Below, in pieces: positions 44,368-54,370 of a stretch of DNA of 64,000 nucleotides. How positions within the stretch are numbered: the first letter of the stretch is position 1; each line of letters opens with the position of its first letter. The position numbers and the translations under genes were made by a program. The stretch covers positions 35,767-99,766 of the forward strand of contig JBJXFS010000359.1 of NCBI GenBank assembly GCA_046155625.1, written 5' to 3'. The stretch comes from Verrucomicrobiales bacterium. GTDB lineage: Bacteria > Verrucomicrobiota > Verrucomicrobiia > Verrucomicrobiales > V1-33. The notes below the pieces were generated by a model, which did no database searches, was not told where the DNA came from, and worked only from the letters and a program-made list of their open reading frames with translations.

Positions 44368-47300
44368 ATGTCCGTTTGTGGAGTATTCGCCCTTGGGATC
44401 GGACTGGGCTGGGTGCGCGGGGCGAATCGTCCGACCGGGATGGATCGGGTGGTGACGCTTCTCGAGGATGGGACGACCACATTGGCCCCGGCTGTTTTCG
44501 GGTTCTCGGATGCGGGTGACGTTCAGCCACATACCTTCACCAGGGTAAGAATCACTGAGTTGCCGACGAGCGGGGTGTTGAGTGTCGACGGCAAACCGAT
44601 AACGCGCGGGCAGTATATCGGGGTGACTCCGATGCCTGGGATCGAGTGGGCAATCCGGGATCAGTCGGTCAACAGTGAAGAACCTCTCCAGTGGCAGGGG
44701 ATGGCGATTTCCGCCGATGGGATGACGATGGCTGCCATCGGCTACACCCGTTGGGGTGCACGCCTGTTTTTTTCCGTGGATGGCGGGCTGACCTGGCAAC
44801 CGCGATCGGAGCAGGCCGGGTGGTCGGATGTGGCCTGTTCCGCGGACGGGACGCGCTGGCTCGCCGCTGACTATCTGGGCCGTCTGTATGTTTCCGATGA
44901 CACTGGAATGAATTGGAGCGCGCGAAGCGACGACACGACTTGGAGTAAAGTGACGTCATCCGCTGACGGCCGACGCCTGTACGCGGTCAGCGCGAATCGG
45001 GGCCTATTTAGGTCTGTCGATTTTGGACTGACTTGGGAACGGCTGGTCGACGCGCCTACCGGAATTCGGTTGTCGGTTTCCCAGGACGGCTTGCGGCTGA
45101 CCGTGGTCACGCCAGAAGGTGTGCAGGTTTCCAAGGATGGCGGGGCCTCCTGGGAACTGCGGGGCCAGTTACCAGGCAGCTGTCTTTCGATCGCCGCCTC
45201 GGCCGATGGGATGCGTCTGGCCACGGTTACTTACACCAGCGTGGGAGCTGAGCTCACGGGCTACCGCTGTCTCTCGAGCGATGGCGGTGGGAGTTGGATG
45301 GTGGAGCCGAGCGCCACCTATTGGACATCGGTCACTTCCTCCGCCGATGGCCGGGTTTTGGCGACGGCCGCAAGCCCAGGGACCGTCCACGTGTCCTGGG
45401 ACTTTGGCGCCACGTGGGTGTCACGCGGCAGCGAGGGGCGGTTGCACACCGTGGCGGTTTCGGCCGATGGACGGCGATTGGTCGCGGGGGGCGCCAGCCC
45501 GTTGGTCGTTTCGGAACCAAGCATTCCGCGGATCAGTTTCTCTCCCGGCGCGGACGATCACGGGCGTCCATACGCGAGCTTGCGTTTTCAAGTGGAAGAC
45601 AGCGGCCCGGCACCCGAGAACCTCTCGGAGCCACCAAATCAGCTCACCTTTGACGTTGAATCCGTTAATGATGCACCGACGCCCGAGCTGGAGTTGGAAG
45701 AGCAGTTCGCCCCGGTAGGCACCGGTTTTTCCTGGGTCGTACCTTCCAATGCGTTTGCCGACGTGGATGAAGGAAGCGTGATCACGTTGATCGCAACACA
45801 GACTGACGGCAGTGTCCTGCCCGCTTGGCTGGCGTTCGATCCAGCCACCCGAATTTTTTCGGGGGTCCCGCCCGAGACCGCTCGCGGCCTGGTGCCGCTA
45901 CGGCTGACTGCGAGAGATGATGGCGTCCCAGCGTTATCGACGTCCATTGATTTCGCACTTCGGGTCGGCAGTGCGGCCCCCTCCGGAACGGACGGGGACG
46001 TGGCGATGGATGAGGATGGCGTCTTGGCGCTCACGGCTCATTTGTTTGGTTTTACGGATCAGGGAGATACGCCGCCGAACTCGTTTACCCGGGTCCGGGT
46101 GGCGTCGATCCCCACGGCGGGCTCTTTGCTGGAGGATGGTCAACCGCTGGCGGCTGGGGATGTTGTGCCAGTGGTGAAGGAGGCTCTGCTTCGATGGACG
46201 CGATCGGGGTCGCCTCAAAACTTTGATTCGATCGCCGTGTCGGCGGATGGGATGGTCGTCGGAGCCGTCGGCGATAGTCGGCTGATGTTTTCTTCTGATT
46301 CCGGTCAAACCTGGACCGCGCGGGAGCAAGGCCGGCTTTGGCAGCAGGTGGCGTGCTCTTCCGACGGGCTGAAGTGGATCGGCTGTGTCTTCGATGGCCT
46401 GATTCACACCTCTTCAGATCAAGGAGCGACGTGGCAACCGCGACTGGAGGAGAAAAAGTGGAATTGCGTGGCGTCCTCGGACGATGGACGAACGCTTGTG
46501 GCCGGCGCTTATGGCGACCGGCTCTACGTCTCGACGACGGGTGGATTGAGTTGGACGCCACGTGGTCCGATTGGCGGTTGGGTGTCGGTCGCGGGCACGG
46601 CCGGGGGGACTCGCTGGATTGCGGCCATGGACGACGGAAGGTTGTACGTGTCCGAAACCACTGGAGTCACTTGGGTGGCCGTGGGAGAAACGAGCCAATG
46701 GTATGACGTCGCCTGTTCCGCCGACGGGACGATGCTCGCCGCCGTCGATGGTCAAAACATTTCGCTGTCGACGGACTTTGGTCAGACTTGGCGTGTCGTG
46801 AAGTCGGCTGAGGCTGGAACGCATTGGAGGGATGTCGCGCTGTCCTCCGATGGGCGTCACGTCGCGGTGGTGGCGTACAACGGAACGATTTGGACTTCCC
46901 GCGACCGCGGGCGGACTTGGATCTCGAGGGAACGTCCGAGGGCGTGGCGGTGCGTTGACTGCAGCGTTGATGGGGACGTCCTTTTTGCGGCGGGCCAGAA
47001 CGTCGAGGTGCACCGATCGCAGGCGGTCGTGCCAGAGTTCGTTTTCCGACCGACCGCCAACGCCTTTGGTTCCCCCTATTCGAGTTTCACGTTTCAGGTG
47101 GAGGACAACGGGCAGGGTGGGCCGACGATCGATCCATCACCCAATGTGTTGACGGTGAATGTGCGGCCGGCCAACGACGCGCCTACGGTCAGCCGCCCGC
47201 TGGCCAATCGAACCGCGTTGGAGCGATCGCCCTTTCAAATTCAAGTCAGCTCCGCGACCTTTCAGGACGTGGACACCGGAACCACGTTTTCGTTAAAGGC

Positions 47301-49113
47301 CGCGCTGGCAGGTGGACGGCCGCTGCCGGATTGGCTTCAGTTCGATTCCGCGACGCGCACGTTCATGGGTGCGCCCGGCACGGCGCAGACCGGATTGCTG
47401 CTGATCGACCTCATCGCCACTGACAACGGCAATCCACCGCTCTCCGTGACGGATCAATTTGAGATCGTCGTTGGCAACATAGCGGATGCTCCCGAAGGCC
47501 GTGATGGAGCGATCTTTGTCCCGCTAGGTCGCAGTCATGTCTTCCATCCGTCCGACTTTTCCTTCGAAGATCCAGGGGATTCGCCGCCGGATCGACTGTC
47601 GCGCATCCGGCTGACCACGCTGCCGGAAGCGGGCACGCTGACCATTGACGGCGAGCCCGCGGAAGCCGGTGGATTTGTGCGGCTCGTCTCCAGCGCGGTT
47701 GGCGCCGAGTGGCAACCGGGGATGCTGAGCCGCTCGTGGAGCGCGATCGCGAGTTCGGCTGACGGGACGCGATTGCTGGCCGCCATAGGAGGGAGTCAGG
47801 GCTTTGGAACCCTCTATGTTTCGGCCGATTCAGGCCAAACCTGGACCGCTCGCGGAACCTCCCGTGCGTGGTACGCTGCCACAATGTCCGCGGACGGAGA
47901 AACGATGGCGGCGGCCGGTGAAGGACAGATTTATGTTTCAATCGACGCCGGCGTCACGTGGACGGCGCGCGCCGAATCTCACAGTTGGCGGTCGCTCGCC
48001 TCTTCGGCCGATGGCTCGCGGCTGGTTGCCGGTCGTCGCAACGGACAATTGTTCACATCCGGCGATTCCGGGGTGACCTGGACGCCGCGGGAATCGAGCC
48101 GGAATTGGCGTGGCCTGGCATCGTCCCACGATGGATCGCGATTGGCCGCCGCGGACTTGGGTGGGAGGATCTATCTTTCCACTGACGCGGGTGTGACTTG
48201 GAATCCCTCGGGGCCAACCGGTGCCTGGCGTTCGATTGCCGGGTCCGCCGATGGCACAAGGTGGTTCGCGGTAGCTGAAGACGGTCAGATCCACGTCTCG
48301 TGGGATGGAGGCGCTCACTGGACTGCCAAGGAAGCGACGCGTCTTTGGAGCGCCGTGGCCTGCTCCGCCGATGGATCACATGTGGCGGCGGTAGCGGGAA
48401 ATAGTCAGATTTTCGTTTCGAGCGACTTCGGGCAGACGTGGCGAGGTCGGGAATCCGCTCGGGCGTGGAGTTCCATCGCCACTTCCGCTGACGGATCCCG
48501 ATGGGTGGCGGCCGTCAACAATGGGCTGAATGGAGGCCTGCTGTACTTTTCGGCCATCGAACCGGCCAGCCAGCTCGTCTTCACCCCGGCTCCCGCTGGG
48601 CTGGGCGCGCCTTACGCAACGTTTACGTATCAGATCGAGGACGACGGCAACCTGCCCAGTGAGCGACTCGACCTGACACCGAACACAATGCAAATCGATG
48701 TTGCGAATGAGAGCCCATTCCAGGTGTGGGCGCGTGGACACGGCCTGCCTCCCGACCCAACCGCCGGGGAAGGCGAGCACGTGCTCCGGTTCCAATTCGG
48801 CATGGAGGCGATGGGAGCCCCGAATTCTTTGCATGTCGTTGGCGACACCGTGCTGGCGCGAGGCCTGCCGGTCTTGCGGTCGCCCACCACCGAAGCACCT
48901 GGATTTGCCCTGCTTTATGCCCGGCGGATCGGCGCCGGTTTGACCACCTGGGTCGAATTCACCGACGGATTAAGCGCTTGGGAATCAGCCACTCTCCCCG
49001 AAACTATCATCGCCACCGATGAAATCGTCCAAGTCCGTCGCGCTCGGTTTCCGGACGCCCTCAGCACTGGAAGGTCGCCTCGATTCGCCAGGGTCGTCGT
49101 CCGTCATCCGTGA
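44368..49113 (+). CDS. giant secreted surface protein: 3 x [Ig/VCBS-like module + BNR/Asp-box beta-propeller + cadherin-like (dystroglycan-type) domain]
   Basis: Signal-like MSVCGVFALGIGLGWVRG. More than 20 Asp-box repeats fit S-x-D-x-G-x-T-W (SVDGGLTWQPR, SDDTGMNWSAR, SKDGGASWELR, SSDSGQTWTAR, STDFGQTWRVV, SADSGQTWTAR and others). There are three collinear modules: FGFSDAGDVQPHTFTRVRITELPTSGVLSVDG, FGFTDQGDTPPNSFTRVRVASIPTAGSLLEDG and FSFEDPGDSPPDRLSRIRLTTLPEAGTLTIDG. The motifs ..FQVED.G.. + ..NDAPT.. + LP.WL.FD..TR.F.G.P are cadherin-like. The start is 44317, 44332 or 44368. Confidence 0.8.
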   Translation: MSVCGVFALGIGLGWVRGANRPTGMDRVVTLLEDGTTTLAPAVFGFSDAGDVQPHTFTRVRITELPTSGVLSVDGKPITRGQYIGVTPMPGIEWAIRDQSVNSEEPLQWQGMAISADGMTMAAIGYTRWGARLFFSVDGGLTWQPRSEQAGWSDVACSADGTRWLAADYLGRLYVSDDTGMNWSARSDDTTWSKVTSSADGRRLYAVSANRGLFRSVDFGLTWERLVDAPTGIRLSVSQDGLRLTVVTPEGVQVSKDGGASWELRGQLPGSCLSIAASADGMRLATVTYTSVGAELTGYRCLSSDGGGSWMVEPSATYWTSVTSSADGRVLATAASPGTVHVSWDFGATWVSRGSEGRLHTVAVSADGRRLVAGGASPLVVSEPSIPRISFSPGADDHGRPYASLRFQVEDSGPAPENLSEPPNQLTFDVESVNDAPTPELELEEQFAPVGTGFSWVVPSNAFADVDEGSVITLIATQTDGSVLPAWLAFDPATRIFSGVPPETARGLVPLRLTARDDGVPALSTSIDFALRVGSAAPSGTDGDVAMDEDGVLALTAHLFGFTDQGDTPPNSFTRVRVASIPTAGSLLEDGQPLAAGDVVPVVKEALLRWTRSGSPQNFDSIAVSADGMVVGAVGDSRLMFSSDSGQTWTAREQGRLWQQVACSSDGLKWIGCVFDGLIHTSSDQGATWQPRLEEKKWNCVASSDDGRTLVAGAYGDRLYVSTTGGLSWTPRGPIGGWVSVAGTAGGTRWIAAMDDGRLYVSETTGVTWVAVGETSQWYDVACSADGTMLAAVDGQNISLSTDFGQTWRVVKSAEAGTHWRDVALSSDGRHVAVVAYNGTIWTSRDRGRTWISRERPRAWRCVDCSVDGDVLFAAGQNVEVHRSQAVVPEFVFRPTANAFGSPYSSFTFQVEDNGQGGPTIDPSPNVLTVNVRPANDAPTVSRPLANRTALERSPFQIQVSSATFQDVDTGTTFSLKAALAGGRPLPDWLQFDSATRTFMGAPGTAQTGLLLIDLIATDNGNPPLSVTDQFEIVVGNIADAPEGRDGAIFVPLGRSHVFHPSDFSFEDPGDSPPDRLSRIRLTTLPEAGTLTIDGEPAEAGGFVRLVSSAVGAEWQPGMLSRSWSAIASSADGTRLLAAIGGSQGFGTLYVSADSGQTWTARGTSRAWYAATMSADGETMAAAGEGQIYVSIDAGVTWTARAESHSWRSLASSADGSRLVAGRRNGQLFTSGDSGVTWTPRESSRNWRGLASSHDGSRLAAADLGGRIYLSTDAGVTWNPSGPTGAWRSIAGSADGTRWFAVAEDGQIHVSWDGGAHWTAKEATRLWSAVACSADGSHVAAVAGNSQIFVSSDFGQTWRGRESARAWSSIATSADGSRWVAAVNNGLNGGLLYFSAIEPASQLVFTPAPAGLGAPYATFTYQIEDDGNLPSERLDLTPNTMQIDVANESPFQVWARGHGLPPDPTAGEGEHVLRFQFGMEAMGAPNSLHVVGDTVLARGLPVLRSPTTEAPGFALLYARRIGAGLTTWVEFTDGLSAWESATLPETIIATDEIVQVRRARFPDALSTGRSPRFARVVVRHP

Positions 49114-49159
49114 GATTTGAGAGGGCGTTGGCGTGAGCGAAGTACTCCAACGGAACACA

Positions 49160-49266
49160 CCCCCTCCCACCCCCGTCACATGACCCACGCACCGGTTCCC
49201 AGCGCCGACACCCGGAAACCAATTCCCGTCAGGCGGTGCGTGGTTCCTGGATGCGTGGTTCCTGGA
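49160..49266 (+). promoter_or_regulatory. conserved upstream element, copy 2, followed by a 15-nt tandem duplication
   Basis: Copy of the 44133-44206 element, starting ~45 nt after the giant gene's stop. It is followed by tgcgtggttcctgga x2 (49237-49251 and 49252-49266). It lies ~165 nt upstream of ATG 49399. Confidence 0.45.
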
Positions 49267-49398
49267 CACCCACATTCTTATAGCGACAAGGTCGCCAAGA
49301 GACACGGGATGTGTGGGATAGAAGGCATGTCCGGATGGAAGGCATGTCCAACGCCCGGGTGTTGTAGAGCGTCTCGGTCCGGCTATGGTCCCGCATCG

Positions 49399-50310
49399 AT
49401 GAGCCAGTGGATTACCCAAATCGCCACATCCTACCGAGGAGCCGTGGCGGCCTTCGCAGGCGGCGGTGAGCTCGAAGGCCGTGTCTTCCTGTGGAATCTG
49501 GCGACCGGATCGCGGGAAGCTGATTTGACGACGGAGTTTGATATGGGCGGCAGGAGGCTCGCGATCAATCAGACCGGCTCCCGGCGCGCGGTTGGCAGCT
49601 GGAACGGCCGGAGTCTGAGTCTGCATAACGTTTTGACTGAGACACTATCGTGGCGTCACGCCGAGATGGAGAAAGTGGAGGGCGTTGCTTTTTCACTGGA
49701 TGACGCACACGTCTATTGCCATTTCGGAGAGGATCGGATGATGGAATTCCGCGAGGCTGATGGGGAGACTGCGCGATTTAGGCCGACAGTCGCCGATCTC
49801 AGGGGTGTCGAGGAGTATTGGGAAAGCCCATTTGACCCGCTGTGTGTCCGAGTCCCCTGGCCGGATCCCCTCAACAGGATCACGGTCATGACAACCAGGC
49901 ATTCGCCAGTCGCACGAATCCGCCGGAAAACGTTCGGGTTCCTCGATTATGCCTTCGCCCAGGGGCCGTTGTGCGTATCCGATAGCACCGGTCCGGTCTC
50001 CTGCTATCACCTGAGGACAGGAGACGAGTTATGGACTTTCGATCCAGGCAAGGGGGTTCATGCTCTGAACGTGGCTTGGGTCCAATCGGCCGGCTGTTTC
50101 GCGGCTCTTACATACTCTTACCAGCCTGACGGCGAGCACACGATTTATCTCCTCGACGCCGCGATCGGCAAACCGATTGCCGCGCATCCCCTACCACCGG
50201 CCTGCCCCCATGCGTTCGCCCACTCAGGGGAATGGGTGGTCGCGGCGGATGGATCCGTGACAGATACTCTGACAGCCAAGCGATTACGGACACTCCCGCT
50301 GTTTGAGTGA
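49399..50310 (+). CDS. hypothetical protein, possibly beta-propeller-like
   Basis: MSQWITQIATSYRGAVAAFAGGGELEGRVFLWNLATGS... contains WD/PQQ-like strands (..RVFLWNLATG.., ..CYHLRTGDELWTF..). The ORF is open from 49117, but the first 94 codons cover the conserved noncoding element. No family recognised. Confidence 0.5.
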   Translation: MSQWITQIATSYRGAVAAFAGGGELEGRVFLWNLATGSREADLTTEFDMGGRRLAINQTGSRRAVGSWNGRSLSLHNVLTETLSWRHAEMEKVEGVAFSLDDAHVYCHFGEDRMMEFREADGETARFRPTVADLRGVEEYWESPFDPLCVRVPWPDPLNRITVMTTRHSPVARIRRKTFGFLDYAFAQGPLCVSDSTGPVSCYHLRTGDELWTFDPGKGVHALNVAWVQSAGCFAALTYSYQPDGEHTIYLLDAAIGKPIAAHPLPPACPHAFAHSGEWVVAADGSVTDTLTAKRLRTLPLFE

Positions 50311-50364
50311 AACGGCCTTGCTGAGGCCTCAGTCAGAGACATCCATTCTCTGGGCATCGGCAAT

Positions 50365-50635
50365 GACCGATGAGTGGGCGTCCTCGTTCTGGTTCCGCAA
50401 CGACCGATGAGTGGGTGTCCTCGTTCCGCCCCCCTGTCCATCGCCGATGACTCGCCTGTCAATTGAAGCCTGCCGATTTCGGGCTGACAGCTGATTACCT
50501 CTGATTACTGATTACTTATTACTGATTACTGACTACTGATTACTGATTACTGCGTTCCAACCGACCGCCGCCCACCGACCACCGCCCTCCGCCCAGCGAC
50601 CACCGCCCTCCGCCCGCCGACCGCCGACCGCCGCT
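50365..50635. repeat. composite intergenic repeat, long version: 37-nt tandem duplication + (TGATTAC)8 microsatellite + 21-nt GC-rich tandem repeat
   Basis: gaccgatgagtggg(c/t)gtcctcgttc at 50365-50389 and 50402-50426. cccctgtccatcg at 50431-50443. Heptamers tgattac/ttattac/tgactac at 50492-50498 and, contiguously, 50502-50550. ccgaccgccgccca at 50561-50574. cgaccaccgccctccgccc at 50576-50594 and 50597-50615. Confidence 0.85.
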
Positions 50636-50669
50636 TGCGCGGATCCCTCATCCACCGCTTGTTCGGAGC

Positions 50670-51743
50670 ATGATGATCATTCGCGCGGTCCTGGCGGTGA
50701 CGATGTTGAGCGGCCTTTCGGCATGCGGAACAGTTGGATTCTACACTCAGGCGCTGCGCGGCCAGTGGGAAGTCCAGCGCAAGGCGCGGCCGATTGCGGA
50801 GGTGGCGGACGACCCGGCGATTTCCCCGGCCACGCGGACCGCGCTCAACGAAGTTCCGGGGATGCGGCGTTTTGCCGTTGACTCGCTGGGCCTGCCTGAA
50901 AATGGATCGTACACCACGTACACCGATCTCGGGCGCCCGCACGTTGTATGGGTGGTCTTCGCAGCCGGAGAATTCTCGATTGAGCCGAAGCGCTGGTGGT
51001 ATCCGTTGGTCGGCTCAGTGGCCTACCGCGGGTATTTTTCCGAACCGCCGGCCCGCTTGCTCGCCGCCCGACTTCAGGCCGACAACCTAGAAACCTATGT
51101 GGGCGGGGTCGATGCCTACTCGACTCTTGGTCTGCTGCGCGATCCGGTCCTGAACACCTTTATTCACCGTGGCGATGCGCAGGTGGCCGAACTCATCTTC
51201 CACGAGCTCACCCACCAAAAGGTGTACCTTGCTGGCGACACCGAGTTTAATGAGGCGCTGGCCACCGCGCATGCCGAGCATGGCGTGCGACGGTGGCTGA
51301 CCGCCAGCGGCCGCCGTAAGGATCTGGCCCGCTACAGCGCCGAATCCCGGGCTCGTCGCGCCTTCATCGCCCTGGCCCTCGACACGCGGAGGCGTCTGGC
51401 CGCCAGCTACGCGGCCACGGTCGGCCAACCGACGACTGCCCGGCGTGCCGCCAAGCAGGAAATACTCGACGATCTCCAGCGTCATGCGCTCGGCCTGCGG
51501 CAGCGGTATCCGTTCCTCGGTCGGGTCGACAAGTTTTTCCACGAACCCGTCACCAATGCCCGACTCGCCACTCTCGCCACCTACTACGACCTCGTGCCGG
51601 GATTCGAGTCGCTGCTCGCCCGGTACCCGGACGATGCCGAAGCATTTTTCGCCGAAGTCGAAGCGCTGGGAAAACTCCCCAAGACGGAGCGCCATGCGGC
51701 GTTGCGGGCCCTGATCGCACCACGTGAGAAGGCGGGTTCCTGA
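50670..51743 (+). CDS. putative zinc aminopeptidase lipoprotein (DUF2265-type)
   Basis: Lipobox MMIIRAVLAVTMLSGLSACG. The HELTHQ zinc-binding motif sits in ELIFHELTHQKVY..DTEFNEALAT, as in the 'putative aminopeptidase' family. Confidence 0.75.
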   Translation: MMIIRAVLAVTMLSGLSACGTVGFYTQALRGQWEVQRKARPIAEVADDPAISPATRTALNEVPGMRRFAVDSLGLPENGSYTTYTDLGRPHVVWVVFAAGEFSIEPKRWWYPLVGSVAYRGYFSEPPARLLAARLQADNLETYVGGVDAYSTLGLLRDPVLNTFIHRGDAQVAELIFHELTHQKVYLAGDTEFNEALATAHAEHGVRRWLTASGRRKDLARYSAESRARRAFIALALDTRRRLAASYAATVGQPTTARRAAKQEILDDLQRHALGLRQRYPFLGRVDKFFHEPVTNARLATLATYYDLVPGFESLLARYPDDAEAFFAEVEALGKLPKTERHAALRALIAPREKAGS

Positions 51744-51763
51744 GGCTCAATCGGGCGCGGCAA

Positions 51764-53230
51764 TCAACCCAGTGCTTTGCTCAGCAATTCGCTGACGATC
51801 TTCGGATTCGCTTTGCCTCCGCTGGCTTTCATGACCTGACCGACGAGCACGTTCACCACCTTGGATTCCCCCGCTTTGATGCGGGCCACGAGGTCCGGAC
51901 TGGCGGCAATGGCCTGCTGGACGAAGGCGTCGATCTCCCCCGTATCGGTGACCTGGGTGTATCCTTTGGCCTTGACGATTTCCGCGGGTGCCGCGCGGGT
52001 CGAGAACATCTCGGCAAAGACTTCCTTGGCCTGGGCGCCGCTGATCGCCCCGCGATCAACCAACCCCACCAACTCGCGCAGGGCCGATGCCGTCACGGGA
52101 TTCTCGGAAAATGGCGTCTGCCCGTCGTTGAGACGACCCAGCAGCTCGTTGATGATCCAATTGGCCACCGCCTTCGGTTTCGCGGATCCGGCGACCGCCT
52201 CTTCGAAATAGTGGGCCAATGCCGGCTCGCTGGTGAGGACGCCCGCGTCGTAGGGCGTGAGTGCGTGGTCGCGGACGAAGCGCGCCCGTTTCGCATGTGG
52301 CAGTTCGGGCAGCCGCTGGCGCACCTCGGCCAGCCATCCCTCGGTCCTCACCGGAAGCAAATCGGGATCGGGGAAATAACGATAATCGTGTGCATCCTCC
52401 TTGCCGCGCATGTCGGTGCTCTCGCCTCGCTCGTCATCCCAGCGCCGCGTCTCCTGTCGCTGCGCCACCCCGCGGTCGAGCTCACCCGTCTGGCGGAGGA
52501 TTTCGAACTGAATCGCCCGACGCACCGCCGCCACCGAGTTCAAATTCTTCAGCTCGATCTTCGCGCCCAGCGGATCGCCCTCGGCCCGGCGCACCGAAAC
52601 ATTCACGTCGCACCGCATCTGCCCGCGTTCCATGTCGGCATCCGAAACCCCGGCATACACGAGGATCTGGCGCAAGCTCGCCAACACCGCGGCCGCTTCG
52701 TCCGCCGTGCGGATCGCCGGCTCCGTCACAATTTCCATCAACGGCGTGCCGGCCCGGTTGAAGTCGAGTCCGCTGCTCGCGCCAAAGTGCACACTCTTGC
52801 CCGCATCCTCCTCCAAATGAATCCTCGTGAGCGGAATCGTCCCGACCACACCGGCCTCCCCGCCCTCGGGGCGCTGGCCTTTCGGGAAATACTGGTCGTA
52901 CATCGGAATGCCACCCCCCACCACCAGCGGTTGGTCGTACTGGCTGGTCTGATAGTTCTTCGGCATGTCGGCATAAAAATAATTCTTGCGGTCCCACTTT
53001 GAGATCGCCGGCGTGGTCGCCTCAAGTAACTGTCCGGTCAATATCGTCAGCCTGATCGCCTCCTCGTTGAGCACGGGAAGCGCTCCCGGCAACCCAAGAC
53101 ATGTCGGACACGTCCGCGTATTCGGCTCATCCCCATAACTCGTCGCACACGAGCAGAACATCTTGCTCCGCGTCTTCAAGTGCACGTGGATCTCAAGTCC
53201 AATGGTTGGAATGTAATCGGCAATCGGCAT
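51764..53230 (-). CDS. gatB: Asp-tRNA(Asn)/Glu-tRNA(Gln) amidotransferase subunit B
   Basis: MPIADYIPTIGLEIHVHLKTRSKMFCSC...EPNT..CP.CLGLPGALPVLN, RKNYFY.D.PK.YQ.SQ, CDVNVS, and a C-terminal YqeY-like tail. ATG verified as CAT at 53228-53230. The extension to 53533 was rejected. Confidence 0.97.
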   Translation of the reverse strand: MPIADYIPTIGLEIHVHLKTRSKMFCSCATSYGDEPNTRTCPTCLGLPGALPVLNEEAIRLTILTGQLLEATTPAISKWDRKNYFYADMPKNYQTSQYDQPLVVGGGIPMYDQYFPKGQRPEGGEAGVVGTIPLTRIHLEEDAGKSVHFGASSGLDFNRAGTPLMEIVTEPAIRTADEAAAVLASLRQILVYAGVSDADMERGQMRCDVNVSVRRAEGDPLGAKIELKNLNSVAAVRRAIQFEILRQTGELDRGVAQRQETRRWDDERGESTDMRGKEDAHDYRYFPDPDLLPVRTEGWLAEVRQRLPELPHAKRARFVRDHALTPYDAGVLTSEPALAHYFEEAVAGSAKPKAVANWIINELLGRLNDGQTPFSENPVTASALRELVGLVDRGAISGAQAKEVFAEMFSTRAAPAEIVKAKGYTQVTDTGEIDAFVQQAIAASPDLVARIKAGESKVVNVLVGQVMKASGGKANPKIVSELLSKALG

Positions 53231-53584
53231 GGGGGGTGGTCGGAGATGGTTTGTGAAGAGTATTCGGTATGCGGTTTTCAGTATGCGGATTTCAGTAATC
53301 GGCCCAAACGGGCGTGGCACAATGGAGAGTAACCGGCGATAGACAGGATGAGCAACCAGCAAGGGGGCGAAGCGGGCAGCGAAGCGGATATTTCGAGGAC
53401 GAGGACGATTCAAAGCATCCTGAACAGGTCTTTTCAGTCCACGGGATTGTTCGTCGGCTTTCACCATCCATCCTCTGCGCCGCTCGTCCCTGTCCACGTC
53501 CTCGACGTCAGCTGGGCAATCCTCGCGCACCAACGACTCGAAAAACGGCGCTTACTCAACAAAGTCGGGGGTATCGGTCCGACA

Positions 53585-54109
53585 CTACTGGAAATCAGAG
53601 CGCTCCATGCCGGATGAAGGCCTAATCAAAATTCTCGCTCCCCATTCCACCCGATGAGTCAGCATGATTTCCTGATCGAAATCGAACCAAGCGCGGAACG
53701 ACTGGCCGGCGAGCATGGGACCGAGCCAATGGCGGTCGTCCGCCCACATCTCCTCGTACGGAAGGGCGTCAACCGGCCACCACAGGGGAATCGCCTCATC
53801 GGTTTCGACGGGTGTTCCGGCGAATTGTGATCCGACGAACACGCGACAATAGAGAGCGAGCCCGTCGACAAACTGGAAGTGAAGTTCGCCGCGCCTCACC
53901 GGGTCATGGACTACGATGCCCAACTCCTCGTTCACCTCACGCACCGCACACTGCATGTAGGACTCGCCGGGATCCAGGCGTCCGCCGGGGCCGTTGATTT
54001 TGCCCGCGCCGAGACCACGCTTCTTGCGGATGAGCAGGACCTGGCCGTCCTGCACTACAAACAGCAGAGTGGCACGCATCGTCGGTTCCCAGGTCGCCCA
54101 GTCGGTCAT
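53585..54109 (-). CDS. NUDIX hydrolase (MutT-like)
   Basis: The Nudix box GPGGRLDPGESYMQCAVREVNEELGI fits G-x5-E-x7-R-E-x2-E-E-x-G. Start alternatives are 54145 (GTG), 54109 and 54079. Confidence 0.85.
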   Translation of the reverse strand: MTDWATWEPTMRATLLFVVQDGQVLLIRKKRGLGAGKINGPGGRLDPGESYMQCAVREVNEELGIVVHDPVRRGELHFQFVDGLALYCRVFVGSQFAGTPVETDEAIPLWWPVDALPYEEMWADDRHWLGPMLAGQSFRAWFDFDQEIMLTHRVEWGARILIRPSSGMERSDFQ

Positions 54110-54370
54110 GTGAGCGAGCGTAGCCACGCCGGCCCGGCGCGCCACTGTGACGGGAATGTTCCCGTCTCGCTTGTCGCCGTGCGCCGCGAATGCTTTTTCT
54201 TTTGGCGGCCATAGCCCGCCATCTGGAGTTTGTCCCTATTTGCGCCAAGAGGGATGCCAGGAGAGGAGGATTCTGGCATCGGCAAGCATTGTCAGCTATC
54301 GTCCAAGCACCTTGACTAAGAAAATCTTGCACCCTTTGAGCACAGATTTCAGCGGACGATTGAAGCTGGA

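Noticed and set aside
49152-49180. ECF-type promoter GGAAC-N17-CGTC in copy 2 of the conserved upstream element
   Set aside because: The GGAAC lies outside the region conserved with copy 1, and copy 1 has no equivalent -35 at that spacing. I kept it only as an idea to test, not as a feature.
50492-50635. CRISPR-like array
   Set aside because: The repeat units are 7 nt and 21 nt with no unique spacers, and there are no cas genes. These are microsatellite or tandem repeats.
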